Assembly (NCBI GenBank): GCA_964291655.2
Contig: OZ219801.1
Location: 640,001-704,000 of the forward strand
Direction of reading: 5' to 3'
DNA: 64,000 bases
Source: Chloroflexota bacterium
Lineage (GTDB): Bacteria; Chloroflexota; UBA11872; VXOZ01
How positions within the stretch are numbered: the first letter of the stretch is position 1; the number at the start of each line of letters is the position of its first letter. Under the pieces are notes generated by a model. That model was not told where the DNA came from, ran no database searches, and saw only the letters and a program-made list of their open reading frames with translations. A program made the translations under genes and the position numbers. This document shows positions 9,371 to 18,953 of this stretch, piece after piece.

Positions 9371-10396
9371 CTACAACTCCTGATACGCCTCGACCACGTT
9401 CTGCCATGCCAACGCCGGATCGCCGCCCCAGTCGTAGAGCGTGCCGCCCGGCTCGCCGAGGAACGACCATACGGCGAGCATGTCCGCCCCCATCTCCGCC
9501 GCCGCCAGCAGGCTGCGCTTCACGTCGGGCTCTCTGTTCGGCGGAATCCAGATCGACTGCACCCAGATCTGGCACGGTTTACCGTATTTGTGCGAAAGGT
9601 CGATGGCCTTACGGGTATTGTGCTCGAAGTACTCCCAGTCGCCGCCGTGGCGGTGGATCCAGTACGGATCGGTGGAAAAGACGTCCACCTCAGGCACCGC
9701 GACAAAGGGCTCCCAATCGTCAACACCGTACCAGCCGGGACCGGAGGACGGGTGGTTTCCACTTTCGTCCAAGGGCATGAGACAAAGCACGTTCTCACCG
9801 CCGCCAACCTCCTTGCTGGCACGAATGAGTCTGGTCAGGAAGACCAGCAGGGAGTCTTGCCGAAACTGGCGCACGTCGGCGTCGAGTTGAATTGGCATCG
9901 CCCGACGGAAGCGACGCGAAAACCCTTCCTGGCAGGAGGAACAACGGCACGCCCAGACGTCGGGAAAGTTGCTATCGCTGGAAAAGTGTGGCTCGTCCCA
10001 GAAGACGCCGTCCGGCGCAAAGTGCGCGATGATCTCCCGCGCACGCTCCTCCATCCACGCGGCGAACTCCGGGTTGTTCGGACACGCCATGGCCTCGGAG
10101 GACCGGACGCCATTTGAGAAATGCTGCGCGGCCGACGGGTTTTCCAGGAGATAGCGCGTCGACTGGATGTAGGAAGCAAACGCGCCAAAGCCGTGCCAGT
10201 TCAGATAGACCTTGAGACCCAACTCCCGTGCTTTCTCCACGATTCGTTCGCGGGCCGCCCGGAAGACGTACCAGTCGCTCTCGTTCAAGGTCATATTGAT
10301 CGAGGTGCAGCCTGCGGCCTTGATCTCTTCCAGGTCTTGATCGTTGTGGTGCGGGTACCACCCACCGGGATAGGCGACGTTCTTATCTACGACCAT
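9371..10396 (-). CDS. Glycoside-hydrolase-like TIM-barrel protein
   Basis: DLEEIKAAG, CPNNPEF, DGVFWDEPH, CRCSSCQ..F, TDPYW; sits just upstream of the sulfatase. Confidence 0.65.
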   Translation of the reverse strand: MVVDKNVAYPGGWYPHHNDQDLEEIKAAGCTSINMTLNESDWYVFRAARERIVEKARELGLKVYLNWHGFGAFASYIQSTRYLLENPSAAQHFSNGVRSSEAMACPNNPEFAAWMEERAREIIAHFAPDGVFWDEPHFSSDSNFPDVWACRCSSCQEGFSRRFRRAMPIQLDADVRQFRQDSLLVFLTRLIRASKEVGGGENVLCLMPLDESGNHPSSGPGWYGVDDWEPFVAVPEVDVFSTDPYWIHRHGGDWEYFEHNTRKAIDLSHKYGKPCQIWVQSIWIPPNREPDVKRSLLAAAEMGADMLAVWSFLGEPGGTLYDWGGDPALAWQNVVEAYQEL

Positions 10397-10501
10397 GTGC
10401 CGCTACTTTCCATCTGTGCCAAAGAATAGTAATCGTTGCGCGGGGCATGTACGTGTAGTTGACTGTCAATCCGTCATTACCATGAAAGCAGGCTATCATA
10501 C

Positions 10502-10785
10502 CGTTCGCCCCCGTATCCGGTACGGGGCAGGCTCTGAGCCTGCCTGTCCCGAACTTGTCGAAGGGCCGAACGGTGAACGGCGGAGGCGATTAACCGACTT
10601 CGCCTCTCCTCTCTCCTTTCACGCTTCAACAAGCCTGTACTGGGCTTCCCGAAGTGCTCAGCACGAACGCGGGGGTTCATTTTTCATTCCCTTGTGTAGC
10701 CTGAGCAGGGCCGTGGTCACTCTCGCTTCCGCGGGAATCCATCTTTTCCGCGTGCCCTGGACTCCGGCTTTCGCCGGAGTGACGG
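10502..10785. repeat. Cluster of palindromic repeats (families A and B)
   Basis: GTTCG..CTGAGC..GTCGAAGGG, GCTCAGCACGAAC and GGACTCCGGCTTTCGCCGGAGTGAC motifs. Confidence 0.7.
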
Positions 10786-10791
10786 ATTCAG

Positions 10792-11916
10792 CTAGCGAAT
10801 CTTTCCTCGCGCCCAGATCGGCCAGATGGCGACCACCTCGCCGTTGCGGTGCATTACGACTTCATCAAAGTTGTTCGTCGCGCCGCAAGCGTGATTAGGG
10901 ATAACGGACACGCGTTCGCCTATCTCAGGTGTGCGTTCACACAAGCTCACATCCACGTGGCCGTGTTCCTCCGATTGCGCGAACATGCGTGCTTCCGGGT
11001 ACTCGATAATGTGGCAGAACGTGCTGCGCGGATCGCCCACCTGCGGCATGTCGCTCGTAAATGTCTTGGTGCCGCCGTCGAGAATGACGCGCTCCGGCGT
11101 CGGCTTGCTTACCACCGTGCAGATAAAGCGCTGAGCGCACTGTTCGTAGGTCATCACGCCGTTGCCAACAGTGTTGCGGTCGCCGTAGTTGAACGTCCCG
11201 ACGCGCACCTCAGTTGCGTGAGGGATGCGATGCAGGTCGTGGAAGTCCACCGACCCGCCGCCGCTCACGATCCCAACCGGCATGCCATTGCGCTCGAAGT
11301 GCTCGCGCGCCGCGACAGTCTTCTCCTGCTGCTCCGGCTTGGTAGACGGATACACCATCAAACCGCGAAAGTGCACACCGGGCAGCTTATCAATGATTCT
11401 CGCCAGCGACAGCGCGTCCTCTTGGGTCGGCACGCCCGTGCGTTCGAAATTTGGCATGGCAAGCTCAACGACGAGGTTGATCGGATGATTGGGATCGGCA
11501 TAGGCAGAAATGCCGCGGGCAGTGTATTCCGAATCGACGGTGAGGGTAATGTCCGTAAGCTGCGATACCGCCCGCAGACGCTCAAGCTTTTGCGCGCCCA
11601 TCACGTTGTAGCAAAGCATGATGTCGCCGGTGATGCCGGCCTCCACCATCACTTCGACCTCGCCCAACTTCTGGCACGCGATGCCGGTGGCGCCGGCGTC
11701 GAGCTGCATCTTGGCGATGTAGGTCACTTTGTGGGTCTTGATGTGGGGGCGGTTATTCAGGCCGTGGGTGTTGCAATACGCCTGTAGTTCATTGATGTTC
11801 GCCTGCAGCTTGTCCATGTCCACGACCATGGCCGGTGTATCGAGGTCATCGATCGTCAGGGGTTTGCCCCGGGTAGGAACAGCCGTCGCACTGGTTGATT
11901 GTGCCGCACTTGTCAT
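10792..11916 (-). CDS. Fold-type III PLP enzyme (D-threonine aldolase/DSD1-like)
   Basis: LDTPA, RPHIKTHK, SGGGS, SEEHG, IPNHAC. Confidence 0.9.
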   Translation of the reverse strand: MTSAAQSTSATAVPTRGKPLTIDDLDTPAMVVDMDKLQANINELQAYCNTHGLNNRPHIKTHKVTYIAKMQLDAGATGIACQKLGEVEVMVEAGITGDIMLCYNVMGAQKLERLRAVSQLTDITLTVDSEYTARGISAYADPNHPINLVVELAMPNFERTGVPTQEDALSLARIIDKLPGVHFRGLMVYPSTKPEQQEKTVAAREHFERNGMPVGIVSGGGSVDFHDLHRIPHATEVRVGTFNYGDRNTVGNGVMTYEQCAQRFICTVVSKPTPERVILDGGTKTFTSDMPQVGDPRSTFCHIIEYPEARMFAQSEEHGHVDVSLCERTPEIGERVSVIPNHACGATNNFDEVVMHRNGEVVAIWPIWARGKIR

Positions 11917-12018
11917 GTTCGCCTCGCCTTCCGACTTCGTTGACACGTAGTATGCATACGATACCATAGAAGCACTCATCTCTCCGTTCTAGCCGCGGCC
12001 GTTACAGAAGGGCAACAG

Positions 12019-12948
12019 TTGACCACTCCTGCTTCACAATACGCTGACCTCGCGGGCAACATTCCCACTATTGCTACGCCCATGCGTGACGGCGCGGTCG
12101 ACCATGACAGCTTACGGAGTCTGTTGGCGTACATTGACCCATACGTTGACGGTTATCTTTCCTGCGGCAGTGTGGGCGAAGGGGCGAGTTTGACACTGGA
12201 AGAACGTATCGCAGTCATGGAGACCGTAGCCGCATGCCGTGACACAACCGGCTCCAGGCGCACGTGGTTCTTTGGCACGTCGGGCACGGCACTCCCTGAG
12301 ATTGAGCGCCTGGTGGCTGCCTGTGTGGACCACGGCGTGGACGGGCTGCTCACACCCCAGCCGTCGTATTTTGCTATTTCACCCCCCATGCCGCAGCGAT
12401 TCTTTGCCGCCGTCGCGGGTATGAGCGACCTGCCAGTCGTCATTTATGACAACCCCTACCCCACCAGCTACTATCTTGGCACAGACGAAATCATCGAGTT
12501 GGTGGCCGAGAATGCCACCATCGTCGGCGTGAAAGTTACCGATCCCAACGTGCAGAAGGTGAGCGCGCTGAAGTCACGCAGCGACATGCTCGTTTACAGC
12601 GGCGACGACTTCATCGCCTGGCGCATGCTCTGCCGCGGGGCCGACGGCGCCATGCTGGCCTATCCCATGATCTTGCCGGAGACGTTTGCACGCATGTATC
12701 GCCTACATCAAGAGGGCCGCCGCGAAGACGCGTTCACGGTCTGGTCGCGGGAGATCCTGCCCTTTGTCAACGAGTGCCTGCGTGATACCGATTATGTGCA
12801 GACCAGCAAGGCCGCGCTCAACCGCCTGGGCGTATTCGGCTCAGCCGAGATGCGACTGCCGTTGACACCCTTGGATGGTACACGCTGGCAGGAGGTGGAT
12901 GAGGCGCTTGCGTTCATTCCTGAAGCGCGGCTAAGAATTCAGGTGTAG
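12019..12948 (+). CDS. Dihydrodipicolinate synthase family protein
   Basis: ATPM, GSVGEG..LT, YDNP, GVKVT, YSGDD. Confidence 0.85.
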   Translation: MTTPASQYADLAGNIPTIATPMRDGAVDHDSLRSLLAYIDPYVDGYLSCGSVGEGASLTLEERIAVMETVAACRDTTGSRRTWFFGTSGTALPEIERLVAACVDHGVDGLLTPQPSYFAISPPMPQRFFAAVAGMSDLPVVIYDNPYPTSYYLGTDEIIELVAENATIVGVKVTDPNVQKVSALKSRSDMLVYSGDDFIAWRMLCRGADGAMLAYPMILPETFARMYRLHQEGRREDAFTVWSREILPFVNECLRDTDYVQTSKAALNRLGVFGSAEMRLPLTPLDGTRWQEVDEALAFIPEARLRIQV

Positions 12949-13090
12949 CGGATCACGCACGCTGAATTGGAGTTCAATGCACCCCGGTAATGCCCACGTT
13001 GTACATCGGTCAAGTAAAACAGTCCGCACGAAAGCACTGGGCCGGTCGGAAGTACGTTCAGATCCGCCGGAACGGCTGACAGGTTGCAAC

Positions 13091-13122
13091 CGTTCGTGCT
13101 GAGCCCGTCGAAGCATGAACGG
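13091..13122. repeat. Palindromic repeat family B (CGTTCGTGCTGAGCCCGTCGAAGCATGAACGG)
   Basis: Related copies at 14601-14632, 18741-18773 and about 63436-63498. Confidence 0.75.
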
Positions 13123-13250
13123 TCGCTTAGCACCTGCCTAGCTGATTGAATTCAGACTATTGATTGTGATGTGCCCATTCTTCGCACATCTCGCCCGCAT
13201 GTGGCAAAGTGAACGGTATTGAAAGATTCGGGCCCAAAAGGAGACCGCTC

Positions 13251-14552
13251 ATGGCCGATCCGGCGCAACAAATCGATGATTGGGTAGACGCCCACCAAGA
13301 CGAACTCGTTCAATTCTTGCAACAGCTTGTGCAGATACCCTCGGAATCCCTTCCGCCCGAGGGGCACGAGGCCGCCGCTCAGGAATTCGTGGCCGGTGCA
13401 TTCCGTCAGGCCGGAGCGGAAGTAGACGTCTTTGATCCCATTGACGTGCCGGGTCTCACCGAGCATCCAGTCTACCATCCGGTCTGGGGCGACATGCCGC
13501 GCAACTTGGAAAACCGCCCCTGCGTCGTCGGTGTTTTTCGCGGCTCCGGCGGCGGCAAGTCAATTCTTATGTCTAGCCATATTGACACAGTTGGCGCCGA
13601 CGATCCCGCCCTTTGGACGGAAGCGGCACCATTCAGCGCTGAGATAATTGACGGCAAAATGTACGGCCGCGGCACTTATGATACGAAGGCCGGCATCGCC
13701 ACCGCCCTCTTTGCTGTTCGCTGTTTGCGCGATCTCGGACTTCCGCTCAAGGGCGACGTCATTGTCGAAAGCGTCTCGGACGAAGAATTTGGCGGCTCTC
13801 ACGGCACCCTGGCGTGTCGACTCAAAGGCTACAACGCCGACATCGCCATCAATTGCGAACCGACGAACATGCACGTCGCGGCAGCGACACGCGGCGGCGG
13901 CCAGTGGAAAATTACCGTGCAGGGCGAAGCGGGCATGGCGCTCGGCGGCGTTGAGCGCGTAAGCTCATCGTACAAGATCGCCTGGGTCATCGAGGCGCTG
14001 CGCCAGTACAACCTCAAGCGCAATGCGGATATTCCCACGCCGCCGCTCTACGCCCATGAGCCGGGACTGCCGCTCTACGTCTCGCAAATCGGCGGCGGCG
14101 GCGACACATTTGCCGAAGACCAGGGCGCCGCGCCTCCCTCGTGCTACGCCAACATGTGGTGTGAAGTTTACGCCGGTACGACCGCGGAAGAGCACGCGAA
14201 CGAGATCAAGACCTTCGTGAACAGCTATCTCGACGGCATCGAGGGTTTCGACGGCGAGTATCCGGAGTACGAATTGGAATTGCGCTTCCTACCGGGCAGC
14301 GAGACCAGCACCGACCACCCCATCTTCGCGCACCTTGAAGACGCCTACCAATCGGCCGACCGCGAGTATCTTGTCCAAGGCGCGCCGTTTGCCTCCGACG
14401 GCTACGTCTTCAACCTGCACAGCCCGACGCCGGTCGTTACCGTTGGCGTCGGCGGCGACAACGCCCACGCGCCCAACGAGTACATCTACGTGCAAGACCT
14501 TATCGACCTGACCCGCATCTTCGCGCGTACGATGGTCTCATGGTGTGGCTAG
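13251..14552 (+). CDS. M20 family metallo-amidohydrolase (ArgE/DapE-like)
   Basis: SHIDTV, GRGTYDTKAG, DEEFGG, CEPT, AHAPNE; SD AGGAG. Confidence 0.9.
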   Translation: MADPAQQIDDWVDAHQDELVQFLQQLVQIPSESLPPEGHEAAAQEFVAGAFRQAGAEVDVFDPIDVPGLTEHPVYHPVWGDMPRNLENRPCVVGVFRGSGGGKSILMSSHIDTVGADDPALWTEAAPFSAEIIDGKMYGRGTYDTKAGIATALFAVRCLRDLGLPLKGDVIVESVSDEEFGGSHGTLACRLKGYNADIAINCEPTNMHVAAATRGGGQWKITVQGEAGMALGGVERVSSSYKIAWVIEALRQYNLKRNADIPTPPLYAHEPGLPLYVSQIGGGGDTFAEDQGAAPPSCYANMWCEVYAGTTAEEHANEIKTFVNSYLDGIEGFDGEYPEYELELRFLPGSETSTDHPIFAHLEDAYQSADREYLVQGAPFASDGYVFNLHSPTPVVTVGVGGDNAHAPNEYIYVQDLIDLTRIFARTMVSWCG

Positions 14553-14600
14553 CAGGGGGCATATTGAGGATTCTTAGGACGTAGTCGCGGACAGACCACC

Positions 14601-14632
14601 CGTTCGTCCTTCGACAGGCTCAGGACGAACGG
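14601..14632. repeat. Palindromic repeat family B
   Basis: CGTTCGTCCTTCGACAGGCTCAGGACGAACGG. Confidence 0.75.
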
Positions 14633-14760
14633 ATGCGGGCGCATTCCAACGATAACCTTCCGCCCATAGCTATTGCGTCTGTCCTGAGCCAGCCAAAGCG
14701 TCTAGTCACGTACGACGTTGAACCGAAAAAACGGGTATTTTAACCTAGTGAGGTCTTGCC

Positions 14761-16173
14761 ATGCAGCAACCCCATATACTCCTGATCACGTCGGATCAGC
14801 ATCGTGGTGATCATCTCGGCATCAACGGGCATCCGGTGGTCAGCGCGCCCAATCTCGACTACCTCGCCGCCTCCGGCACCAACTTCCCGCGCGCCTATGT
14901 GGAAGGGCCGTCCTGCATTGCCGCGCGCCGCACGCTGCTTTCCGGTCAAAAACCCGTAACCCACGGCATGGTGACATATTGGGACGGCGTGCCGTGGGAG
15001 ATTGAGCACACGCTGCCCGGTGAGCTGGGCAAAGCCGGCTACCAGACCCAGCTCGTCGGCAAACTGCACATGCACCCGCCGCGCAAGCGCTACGGGTTTG
15101 ATCACGTGGCGTGGGCCGATTCGCCGTGGGGCGAAAATGACTACACGTTCTGGTTGCAGGAAAACGGCATCCAGTCCGTGTCGCCGGGCGTCGCCCACGG
15201 ACAAGACATGAACTCCTGGGTCGCTCGTCCTTCCCATCTGCCGGAAGAGATGGAGCACACCACCTGGTGCACCGACCAGGCCATGCGATTCCTGGACCGG
15301 CGCGATCCCTCGGCGCCTTTCTTTCTCTATGTATCGTATTTTGCGCCCCATCCGCCGCTCACACCGCCGCAGTTCTACTACGATCGCTACCTGTCTCTAC
15401 CCACGCCTGAGCCCGTCGTTGGCGACTGGGCGGACCAGTACGACGGTCCGGTGCCGGGGCTCGACCCCAATGCGCCCCGCGGCTCGTGGGATCCAGAGGC
15501 CATGCACCGCTGCCGCGCGGCGTACTATGGTTTGATCAACTTCCTTGACGACCAGGTCGCCCGCCTGCTGCAGCACGTGCGCAAGCTCGGTCTCTTACAG
15601 GATACATTGATACTCTACACCTCCGACCACGGTGAAATGCTCGGCGACCACAATCTCTTCCGCAAGACGTTTGCCTACGAGGGCTCCGCCCGCATCCCCT
15701 TCTTCGTCAATGCGCCAAGCTGGCTCGCAGGTGAGGGCGGCGCAGCCAGTGCAAATGTGGTGGGGCTGCAAGACGTGATGCCAACGCTGCTCGACGCGGC
15801 AGGGGCAGAAGTCCCCGAAACCGTTGACGGCGCCAGCCTGCTGCCCCTGATGCGCGGGGAAGATTCCACATGGCGCGACTACCTCCACGGCGAACACCTG
15901 GGCACTTACCGTCCGGAAGACGCCATGCAGTACCTTACCGATGGCAAGGAGAAGTTCATCTGGTACACGGTGACGGGCGAGGAGCAACTATTCAATTTGG
16001 TTGACGATCCGCAAGAATGCCGCAATCTTGCGCCTGTATCCGGCCACAAGAATCGCTTGGCGTTCTGGCGTGCGCGCATGGTCCACGAACTCACCGGCCG
16101 CCCCGAAGGCTACACAGACGGCCAAACCCTCATCCCCGGCCGGCGCCCGAACGCCTTCCAACCCGATGAATAG
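14761..16173 (+). CDS. Sulfatase (CxAxR variant)
   Basis: PHILLITSDQHR, PSCIAAR, GKLH, APHPP, TSDHG. Confidence 0.9.
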   Translation: MQQPHILLITSDQHRGDHLGINGHPVVSAPNLDYLAASGTNFPRAYVEGPSCIAARRTLLSGQKPVTHGMVTYWDGVPWEIEHTLPGELGKAGYQTQLVGKLHMHPPRKRYGFDHVAWADSPWGENDYTFWLQENGIQSVSPGVAHGQDMNSWVARPSHLPEEMEHTTWCTDQAMRFLDRRDPSAPFFLYVSYFAPHPPLTPPQFYYDRYLSLPTPEPVVGDWADQYDGPVPGLDPNAPRGSWDPEAMHRCRAAYYGLINFLDDQVARLLQHVRKLGLLQDTLILYTSDHGEMLGDHNLFRKTFAYEGSARIPFFVNAPSWLAGEGGAASANVVGLQDVMPTLLDAAGAEVPETVDGASLLPLMRGEDSTWRDYLHGEHLGTYRPEDAMQYLTDGKEKFIWYTVTGEEQLFNLVDDPQECRNLAPVSGHKNRLAFWRARMVHELTGRPEGYTDGQTLIPGRRPNAFQPDE

Positions 16174-16232
16174 ATTGGCCCGGTAGCCTCGACTTCACGT
16201 TCTCGTTCCTGCAAACCGGCTAACCGCTATGC

Positions 16233-16471
16233 CGTAGCGCGGGGGCTTGTCCCCCGCTCATTGGGTTGTAACTCTCCGTAAGGTGAAGATGGATGCCCGC
16301 TGGCGCGGTCGTGACATTCCAGGCTGGCGAGACGCGCCCTTGCCACCAACTACCTGCCTGCAACCTGGGCGCCATCATCGCCTGATCCCGTAGCGCGGGG
16401 GCTTGTCCCCCGCTCTTTAGGTTGAAACATTCCGCCTTGACAGGATGGATGCCCGCTGGCGCGGGCATGAC
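16233..16471 (+). repeat. Two imperfect direct repeats of about 83 bp, each starting with a GTAG-REP palindrome
   Basis: 16233-16315 and 16389-16471 share CGTAGCGCGGGGGCTTGTCCCCCGCTC and GATGGATGCCCGCTGGCGCGG. Confidence 0.8.
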
Positions 16472-16571
16472 GGCCTGTAGCTGCTCCCCCCTTAGGTCCG
16501 CAGCCATTAATTGCACAGAGGCGCTCCGTATCGGAAACGCCTCTGCGCAATTGGCTCTAAGACTAATTCTG

Positions 16572-17945
16572 CTAGCTAATCACACCCAGCCGCTTGAGCT
16601 CTACTTGCTCATCGTCTAGGATTCCATTGCCGATGCTGACCGCGGTGGCAACGGCTTCATCCATGGTCACCTCGTTGTCCACGGCCTTGTTAAGCTCGGC
16701 CGGGATGGCGCTGTTCCACTCCAGGGTGGAGTACGACTGCGGGTAGTCGAAGCCCCAATCCATGGAGTCGAGGAATTTCTGCGCCAGTTCGGGGAACTCG
16801 TTATTGGCGGTCCAATTGCGAGAGCCCTTCCAACTGCCGGGCATGGTGAATTCGGCGGTGGAGTTCTCGCCGGTGTCCGAGGTGGTGGCGTACTTGATGA
16901 ACGCCCATGAATGGTCGGGTGTTGGCACTTGGTCACCGGCCGAGAATGACGAACCGTGCACCACATTGGCCTGGCGGGCATTCCGCGGCAGGTACTGCAC
17001 ACCCCAGTTGATGTGGTCCAACGGTGCCAGATGGCCGAATTCCCACGGGCCGCTGGCGCGGAACGTAAGCAAGCCGTTGTGGAACATATCCCGCTTGCCG
17101 CCGGCGTCGGAGGCCTCCGGACGCGTGGGCGCCACGCCATGCTGGTGAATGAGACCATGCATGAAATTGAAGGCTGCCAGTCCCTCCGGCTGACCGAAGA
17201 GAAACTCTGTCTTGTCCTTGCTCAGAATCTCGCCGCCGTTCGCCAGAACGTAATTGTAGCCTTCGGTCTGGCCCCAAACTGAGACATACGTGCCCCAGCG
17301 CTCCGGCGTTTCGCCCTGGCGGATGGTGAGCTTCTGCGACATCTCCAACCAGTCGTCAAACGTCCAGTCCTCCGCCGGCTCGTCCAGCCCCGCTTCACCC
17401 AGGTGCTCACGGTTGTAGTACATGCCGATGGTGGCGTGGAAGTTCGGAAGACCCCAGACCTTGCCGAACAAGGTGTAGACGTTCACGAGATAACCCGGGA
17501 AGGTCTCCAGCATATCGATGCCGTCGGCCTTGACGTAAGGCGAGAGATCGTAGAGGATGTTGTTCGCCGCGTGGAACATGATGTTCGGGCCGTTCATGAT
17601 CATCACGTCAAACGGCGTGCCCGCGGCGGCGGACGTCTTGAGCTTCGGCCAATATTCTGCCCACGCCGTAATGTCGATGGAGAGGTCGATTTCTGCGCCG
17701 ACCTCCTGCCTGTAGCCGTCAATACACCGCTGGTAGTCGCCGCCCTGCGCCTCCGTGTAACAGATCGCATTGAGCAACACCGTCTCCGGTTCTGCCGGTT
17801 TTGCTTCTTCCGCCGGCTTCTCAGCCATTTCCGTGTCCGGCTCGCCCGTCATTGTGGCTTGGCCGCACGCTGCGAGCAACAGAGCGCTGCTTCCCCCAAG
17901 CAGGCCGGCAAGTACGCCACGTCGAGAAATTCTGCTCTGACGCAT
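16572..17945 (-). CDS. Carbohydrate ABC substrate-binding lipoprotein with twin-arginine-like signal
   Basis: SRRGVL...LLAACG signal; YYNRE, WTFDD motifs; SD AGGAG. Confidence 0.9.
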   Translation of the reverse strand: MRQSRISRRGVLAGLLGGSSALLLAACGQATMTGEPDTEMAEKPAEEAKPAEPETVLLNAICYTEAQGGDYQRCIDGYRQEVGAEIDLSIDITAWAEYWPKLKTSAAAGTPFDVMIMNGPNIMFHAANNILYDLSPYVKADGIDMLETFPGYLVNVYTLFGKVWGLPNFHATIGMYYNREHLGEAGLDEPAEDWTFDDWLEMSQKLTIRQGETPERWGTYVSVWGQTEGYNYVLANGGEILSKDKTEFLFGQPEGLAAFNFMHGLIHQHGVAPTRPEASDAGGKRDMFHNGLLTFRASGPWEFGHLAPLDHINWGVQYLPRNARQANVVHGSSFSAGDQVPTPDHSWAFIKYATTSDTGENSTAEFTMPGSWKGSRNWTANNEFPELAQKFLDSMDWGFDYPQSYSTLEWNSAIPAELNKAVDNEVTMDEAVATAVSIGNGILDDEQVELKRLGVIS

Positions 17946-17967
17946 CGTTAACTCTCCTTCAGTTCGC

Positions 17968-18020
17968 TGCAAACGCGTCTACAATGTGGGCAGTATACTC
18001 CCAATAATTGTTCGATGCAA
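17968..18020 (-). promoter_or_regulatory. Sigma70-like promoter (TTGCAT-17-TATACT) with a downstream imperfect palindrome TGTAGACGCGTTTGCA
   Basis: Read directly from the reverse complement upstream of the SBP gene. Confidence 0.5.
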
Positions 18021-18281
18021 CGCTTCAACATATCGGCTTTTTATCTTGACAGCTAGAATGGAGTTGCAATTCACGCTGCGAACTTTGCAACCATGACAGA
18101 AAACCCAATCCGCACACAGTCATGTCGAAAACGAACCAAGCTCGAGTAAGGCAGTTGCGCCGAAGCTTGACTGACTATCCAACAAGCCGCTGCACCTCCG
18201 CATTTGCTATGCTGGGAGGAACCGGACGGGCAACTGATATCGGGTCTTGGCGGAAGATTCTTCACGTGACCGGAGGTGGCA

Positions 18282-18623
18282 ATGGCATCGTTGATGACAG
18301 AGACGTGCGTAGTCTGTCGCGTAGGCGCGCCGACGATGACTACAGAAGAAATCAAGGAGCTTCAGCCCCAGATTCCCGAGTGGAAGGTTGTGGAACGAGA
18401 TGGCATATCTCAGTTGGAGCGGTTCTACGCCTTTCGCAATTTCACCCAGTCGCTCGCGTTCACCAATGAGATTGCAGCCTTGGCGGAAGAGGCGGGGCAT
18501 CATCCCGCCATTCTCACTGAGTGGGTAGGCGTCACCGTGTCGTGGTGGACGCACAAGATCAAGGGCCTGCACCGCAACGACTTCATCATGGCAGCCAAGA
18601 CCGACGCGCTGTATCAGGGCTGA
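18282..18623 (+). CDS. phhB: Pterin-4-alpha-carbinolamine dehydratase
   Basis: AEEAGHHP, WWTHKIKGLHRNDFIMAAK; SD GGAGG. Confidence 0.92.
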   Translation: MASLMTETCVVCRVGAPTMTTEEIKELQPQIPEWKVVERDGISQLERFYAFRNFTQSLAFTNEIAALAEEAGHHPAILTEWVGVTVSWWTHKIKGLHRNDFIMAAKTDALYQG

Positions 18624-18740
18624 CTTACCTCTCGATTGAGTCTCACCGATTACGCGCGATCTCAATTCCCGCGGGCGGGACGACTCAACTTGCCGCCCAA
18701 TTAGCAGATTGAATCCGGATTCTAGTGAAAAAGCTGCTTT

Positions 18741-18840
18741 CCGTTCGTACTTCGACACGCTCAGTACGAACGGAAAGCAGCTTGGCTGATCTATCTGATC
18801 CAACTCCGCCGTTCGCCCTTCAACAAGCTCAGAGCCTGCC
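18741..18840. repeat. Palindromic repeat family B copies
   Basis: CCGTTCGTACTTCGACACGCTCAGTACGAACGG and GTTCGCCCTTCAACAAGCTCAG. Confidence 0.7.
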
Positions 18841-18953
18841 CTTTACCCGATTCAGCGAATCGTTCCATACAGCCTATCGCTCGGTCCAGCGTATCGTACG
18901 ATATGGGGGGCGAACAGGCATTCGTTGTGCAACCTAAGAGCGATTCCTCGCTT

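Noticed and set aside
16233-16471. Possible CRISPR array (also the 46160 tandem)
   Set aside because: Only two units, no regular unique spacers, and no cas genes
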